Shown one piece after another: positions 58,770 through 64,000 of a stretch of DNA of 64,000 nucleotides. The position numbers and the translations under genes are program-made. Origin of the DNA: Pocillopora damicornis (lineage: Eukaryota); the NCBI RefSeq assembly GCF_003704095.1, contig NW_020846360.1, positions 1 to 64,000 on the forward strand. The letters are read 5' to 3'. The number at the start of each line of letters is the position of its first letter. Within the stretch, counting starts at the first letter, position 1. The notes under the pieces were generated by a model. That model was not told the DNA's origin. It worked only from the letters and a program-made list of their open reading frames with translations, and made no database searches.

Positions 58770-60965
58770 GTTTGATATGCTTTGTTTACATACATGCGAC
58801 ACCAACATGGTGTTGTGCAACAACATAGGTCTCCATTTATCACTCAAAATGGCTCAAGTAATCAATCGCTGTTTCAGTCATTGATATTCCAGGCTACTCA
58901 GTCCTATGTAAGGACTGTTTGTCTGATTATCATGGTGGTGGTTTGTCTCTACATCAGTGCAGCAATTTGTTACAAGTGACTGAATGATCTTTCATCCTGC
59001 CCTGATCACGAGGTATTGTGGGTTCAGCTGCACCCTAAATGCCTGCCGCAGGGGATTTCTTCCCTGATAGATCTATCATCCACGTGGGTCCACCACTGAG
59101 AACGAGGTTATGCAAGAACACTTGTTCCAATCAGTGCAACTTGTTGAGTCATGCTTCCCTGATTGCACTCTTATTGTGGTAGGAGACTGCCACAATACGA
59201 GCGCAATCAATTCAATAGATGAACACCTTAAATTACTCATTCTCAAATGACAGAAAGACTTTCAGGACGGCAGCATGGAGTCAATGCCGCACAAATTCAA
59301 CAGGAATGCTATTAATCATGAAAGGAAATCGTTCAAGGCCTCATTTTACAAGTCTAATGCCAAGCATATGAAGGAGGAGAATCCCAAGATTTGGTGGAAG
59401 GTCAGGAGCTTGTACGGTTTCAACTCAAACTCAGGAAGATTTCTAGTCACATCCATACTGAAGGAATTGAAAATCTTAAGGACCAGGATATTGGAAATGC
59501 AATCTACTAGGCCCTTCTTGAGCCTCTTGAAGAATATTACCTGCACCAACCACTGACCAAACTTCACATCGAAGAGGAAACGCCTGAGCCTCCAGAGTTT
59601 TTGGAAATGCATATTTTTAAGTTACTAGCAGACTAAACCTATCTAAGGTGTGTGGTCCAGATGAGATACCAAACTGAATACTCAAGGAGTATGCTGAACT
59701 TTTGTCCCTCCCAATCAGCAGAATCATCAACTCCTCTTTCAAAGAGCAGTCTCTTCAGAAAATCTGGAAGTTAACGAACATGTCTCCTATACTGAAAGTG
59801 AATCGGGTTGAAGGCCTGAAGAAGCATCTCACACCTATCTCCCTGACTCCATGTCTCTTGAAAGTTGCAGAGGAGTGTATGGTACTTGATTAAATAGAGC
59901 CTAGGGTTCTGGATGTACTAGACCCAAACCAATATGGAGCTGTTCCCAATTCGTCAACCACCCAGGCTCTGATACACATGCTCCACAACTGGTCCAAGGA
60001 AACTGATGGCAACAGTGCTACAGTTAGAACTATTCTCTTTTATTTAAAAAAAGTGTTTATGGATTATAGAATACTCGTAAAGAAATTGTACAGGTTGAAT
60101 CTGTCCACAAGAATTATCAATTGCATCATAGATTTCCTTTCTAACTATCCAAGTGGGGGTCAGTGCCCTCCAGGATTCCTCAGGGAACAAAATTAGGTCC
60201 ATGGCTATTTATTGTACGTATAAATGATTTAGATGTTGATAATTTAGCTAATGTATGGAAGTATGTTGATGATTTAGCTAATGTATGGAAGTATGTTGAC
60301 GATACAATTGCATCTGAAGTTGTTTCCAAGGGCAACTGAGGTTGTGTCCAGGTGATCGCGCATAAGGTTGCAGAGTGGTCTATGCAGAATAGAGTCCAAC
60401 TCAATAATGACAAATGTAAGGAACTCAAGATATCTTTTGTAAAGGGCGAGCCCCACTTTGTGCCTATTGCAGTAGATGGTTATGAACTAAAGAGGGTATC
60501 TGGACATATCAAGCAATCTCACATGAAACAAGCACATAGCGACGTAATCAAGAAAGTGTCAAAGTGCCTGTATTTTTTAGTGCAGTTAAAAAGATCAAGA
60601 GTTCCTCAGCAGGACATGTCCACTTTTTATACTGCTTGTATATACTCTGTTGCTACGTAAGTGGCACCTGTCTTTTTTTATGCCCTGCCAAAGTACCCAA
60701 AAGACGATTTGTTGTGAGTTGAAAAGCAGGCAATGTCTATAATATGCCCAGGACTACCCTACCAGGAGGCTATCAGTCTGGTGAACATTGTCCCTATTGC
60801 AGATTTCATCGCAGGGATTTGTAGTAATACCTCTGACACCCTTATTAGGGTCCTTGAACACCATCTGGACAGTTTTATCCCACTTAGTGGACCACCATGT
60901 TATGCTCTAAGGTGCAACAAGCATTTCATCGCACCTAAATGCAAGACTAATCGATTTAGGAATTG
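58770..60965 (+). mobile_element. Daphne/Crack-like LINE ORF2 (APE trace + RT), same group as 21573-22561
   Basis: HGGGLSLH; HEVLWVQLHP; CGPDEIPN; LTPISLTPCLLKVAE; PQGTKLGPWLF; WKYVDD twice; CKTNRF. Confidence 0.88.
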
Positions 60966-63704
60966 TGAGGAGAAATTCTGTCTTGTTCACTTGTGGAGTT
61001 AAAGGGTTAAATGACACTCTGAAGTCTGGAATTCTTTCTCATGAATGGTTTCAGAGTAAAATAAACAAAGTTAGGGAAAATTTGTGTTTAGTTAATGTGG
61101 TGGGGTCAAAAACCCAGGAGTGAGAAAAAAAAGAAAGCATTGTTATGCAGCTGGTGAAATGCATGTCATGACCATGAACAGTAGCTTGCTATGGAGAGAC
61201 ATTTAGGAACAGGTAAGAGGTAGGGTCCCAGATCCTGAAAAAGGTTTTCCAGTAAACACTCCCAATTTGTAGAGCAGAGTGCTTAGTAATACAAGCTTTT
61301 TCCCTACCAAGGCTTTCAAGCAAAATTGTAAATGCCAACAAAAGTTAGCAATACAATTGTATGACGAATAAATTTACTATTCGTGGCAAACAACATTTAT
61401 GCTTAACATCTACCCCAGGAATACAAGGAGAAAATCATACAGTTTCAGGAGTTCATAAAAAAGCAAAGAAGAACACACCAGTACTCTCTATATCTTGTGA
61501 CAAACACAGGTGAAACCTCAAGTCAATATTACAAGCTGACAAATGAAATAGTCAACAATACTTGGGAAAATTCAGAGTCTGAAGATACAGACAACTGGGA
61601 ATGAAAAGAATCACTTGATGTTGGTCATCAGAAGATATCTCAGGGATTGTTTTGCCAGAAAGTTTTCAAATGAGGGTGAACAGCATGAGCAGGTTTCTAT
61701 CATTCTCTCTTTTAGGGTTTACTTTGTCCATGCAAAAAAATTGAGCTTTGTTGAAGGTGTATTGTTTTACCAAAATTAAAATAAAATGAGATCGAGTCAG
61801 CAATGTTCAGGTTTACTTTAGGTCTGACACAGTAATTTGATTTTAATGATGTTGTTAAGAAAGAACCAGTCAAACAACTGAGAATTAAATTATGGACCAC
61901 AAATGTGTGGTGCAAACTAACTGAGTGAAATGGAGTTAGTCCTACTGCTGGAGGAGTAAATTTCATTGTTTGGTCATGGTACTTTTCAGTACCATGTTTT
62001 CATGCTTTCCACTTGATTTGTTTGAACTTCAGGAAATGGTTCATCTCACAAAACACAGAGCCACTTTCTCTCAACTCAACATCTTCAGTACATACTAATA
62101 ATGCTTGGGTTATGATGAACATGCTTGTGATAGGATAATTTTATTCTAATGCTTGAAACTGAAAAACTAATCACTAAAATTGACAGTCATCGCATTTTGA
62201 AAGAAGCGTCTGAGTTCCAATCGTGTCTTGGAATGAGGTTCCTGGCAATTTGAGCTCACAAGCATGCTGGTAAGCACATAGTTAGTGGCAAATAATTGTT
62301 AATTACAGGTTTTTAATTCCAGAGTATCTGTATATGTAGCACAAGTAAAGTGTGAGATTCAAATGTGCACGACTTTTCCCCTACATGCATTACACTTGAT
62401 TTAAAATTTCACTCATGAACCATTATATGATTCATTTCACAAGATTTCTTAGTTCTCGGTTTTCAGTGCACATTGTTCAAGCATTCTCTTTAAGTACATT
62501 GAGTTTCAGTCTCGGTCATCAGTGATTTCAATCTACCCATTCACATCAATAGGAGGAAATGTCTGTAAGTTGTTAGTCTTATCTTTTGATCCTGTTTGTC
62601 AATTTTTCTTAAAATTATTGCAATTAATGTAACTTTGCCTTTTAGTTGAATCATCATCATCATAATCGTCACCACCGCATGATTTGATTAGATGCATTCC
62701 ACTACCTCTTTAAGTCAGGTGAATGTGGAAAGTAACTTTGCTTTTAAAATCATCTCTTGGTTGAAGTCTATATTGGTTCGAAGATATCTGCTGCAAGTTT
62801 ATCAAGACTCAGCCCTAAGAGAATTATGGCCAACAGTTTGTGGTATGATCATTCAACCATGTGTGATTGTGACAGACAACCCAACATGACACTGGACCAC
62901 GAAGGAATTTGACATGAAAAATCCCTGCTTCTTTGCAGGAATAGAAGCACAGAGAAGTCAACCATCACAAAGATAACAAAAGTAACCAAAATGTATGTCC
63001 AACTCTCGAAATGTCGCTGATGTTAAGTCAAAGGTGCTGGAATTTTTCAGCAACATATTTCGAAGGCATCCATGGCGCCACCACACCTTCCTTGAAGAAA
63101 AATTCAAGATTCAATATTCCAATGACAACATCCAGGGGGAAGCTCAAAGAATAGAAAATTTTTAACCACCACCACCAAGAGACCTTGGATTTCTACACGA
63201 GGAAAAATTTGAGTGACTCCATGGTGGGGAGATTTGACGATCTTACAGAATGATGTCACAAACTTGAAATGAACTGACTTGAAACGAAATTATCATGGAA
63301 CAAAGTGACCAGATATTGCAAGAAAGCGTCATGGAAAATTGAGTTCCACCATTTGGAGGATCCTTGTGACCTAACAGCCTCCATACTATTCAATCTGTGG
63401 CACTAAATTACATCCACCGAAAAGGTTTTGAATCTTGGTCCACAAACACTATTAAAGGCCATCCAACAACTCAAGGAGCTTGATGAAATAGTTGTAACTA
63501 TGACCGTACCAACAAATATTCTGATGTTTTTTTCATGGATAAGGATGAATTTCTACATTTACTAACTGATGGACCCAAACACAATGTTGCCAGATTTAGG
63601 CCACTTGATCTAAATTTTTCTAGATGAAGAGTCACCTTTCGGTGGAAATACTGTAATAAAATCATTATTATAATTATTATTAATATTAAAAAGGTAAAAT
63701 AATC

Positions 63705-64000
63705 ATTTATTTATTCAAACTAAATAAATAAATAAATAAATAAAGTAATCTAGAATATTTACAAATCAAGAAATTAAATGTGCATTTGCCCTATTTATAA
63801 GATACCTCCTCACTTTAGTTTTAAAATCACGAAAAACTACAGAGTTCCTAGCAGCAGAAGGTAATAGATTAAAAACATTAGAGGCGCTGTCCTGGAAAGT
63901 ACCTGACTCAAGGGGTACTTTTAATGTCATTTCTTTCAAAGATCTCAGTGTCCATGCTGGGTTATAAATGTCTAGCTTAAGATAGGATGGCGAGTCATTG
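63705..64000 (-). mobile_element. LINE 3' end with an AT-rich tetranucleotide tail
   Basis: PSYLKL..TLRS..GTFQDSASNVFNLLP; adjacent (TAAA)n/(TTTA)n runs. Confidence 0.65.

Noticed and set aside
63328-63350. Shared in-frame TGA (EN*VP) at 22.7 and 63.3 kb as selenocysteine
   Set aside because: An alternative open frame (KKxSWKIEF) exists, CGA>TGA decay also explains it, and no SECIS was identified

Overview
Eukaryotic, AT-rich, gapped scaffold. The repeat families and protein fragments look anthozoan, probably a stony coral (inference from recalled families, no search run). No intact host gene, rRNA, true tRNA or CRISPR array is recognisable. The window is a deeply nested transposon graveyard. 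Retroelements: Gypsy and BEL/Pao LTR elements, two DIRS/Ngaro tyrosine-recombinase elements, many CR1/L2-group LINE pieces (two with 2A-like motifs) and several Penelope-like elements (two with hammerhead-like cores). DNA elements: ISL2EU/Harbinger (YqaJ plus THAP-DDE), pogo and MULE-type MITEs, Crypton-like hairpin elements and a Polinton/Maverick remnant (integrase-chromodomain, penton N-terminus, GRF zinc finger). The apparent backbone is a Helitron/Helentron whose herpes-type C76 protease, Rep and PIF1 pieces lie in order on the + strand from about 12.3 to 41.6 kb. Its helicase is split at a TTAA by a ~9 kb stack of Sola3-like long-TIR elements that also holds a near-intact pogo transposase and an uninterrupted HIRAN-like ORF. 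Family calls come from manual motif recognition, boundaries are approximate, and adjacency across N-gaps depends on the scaffolding.
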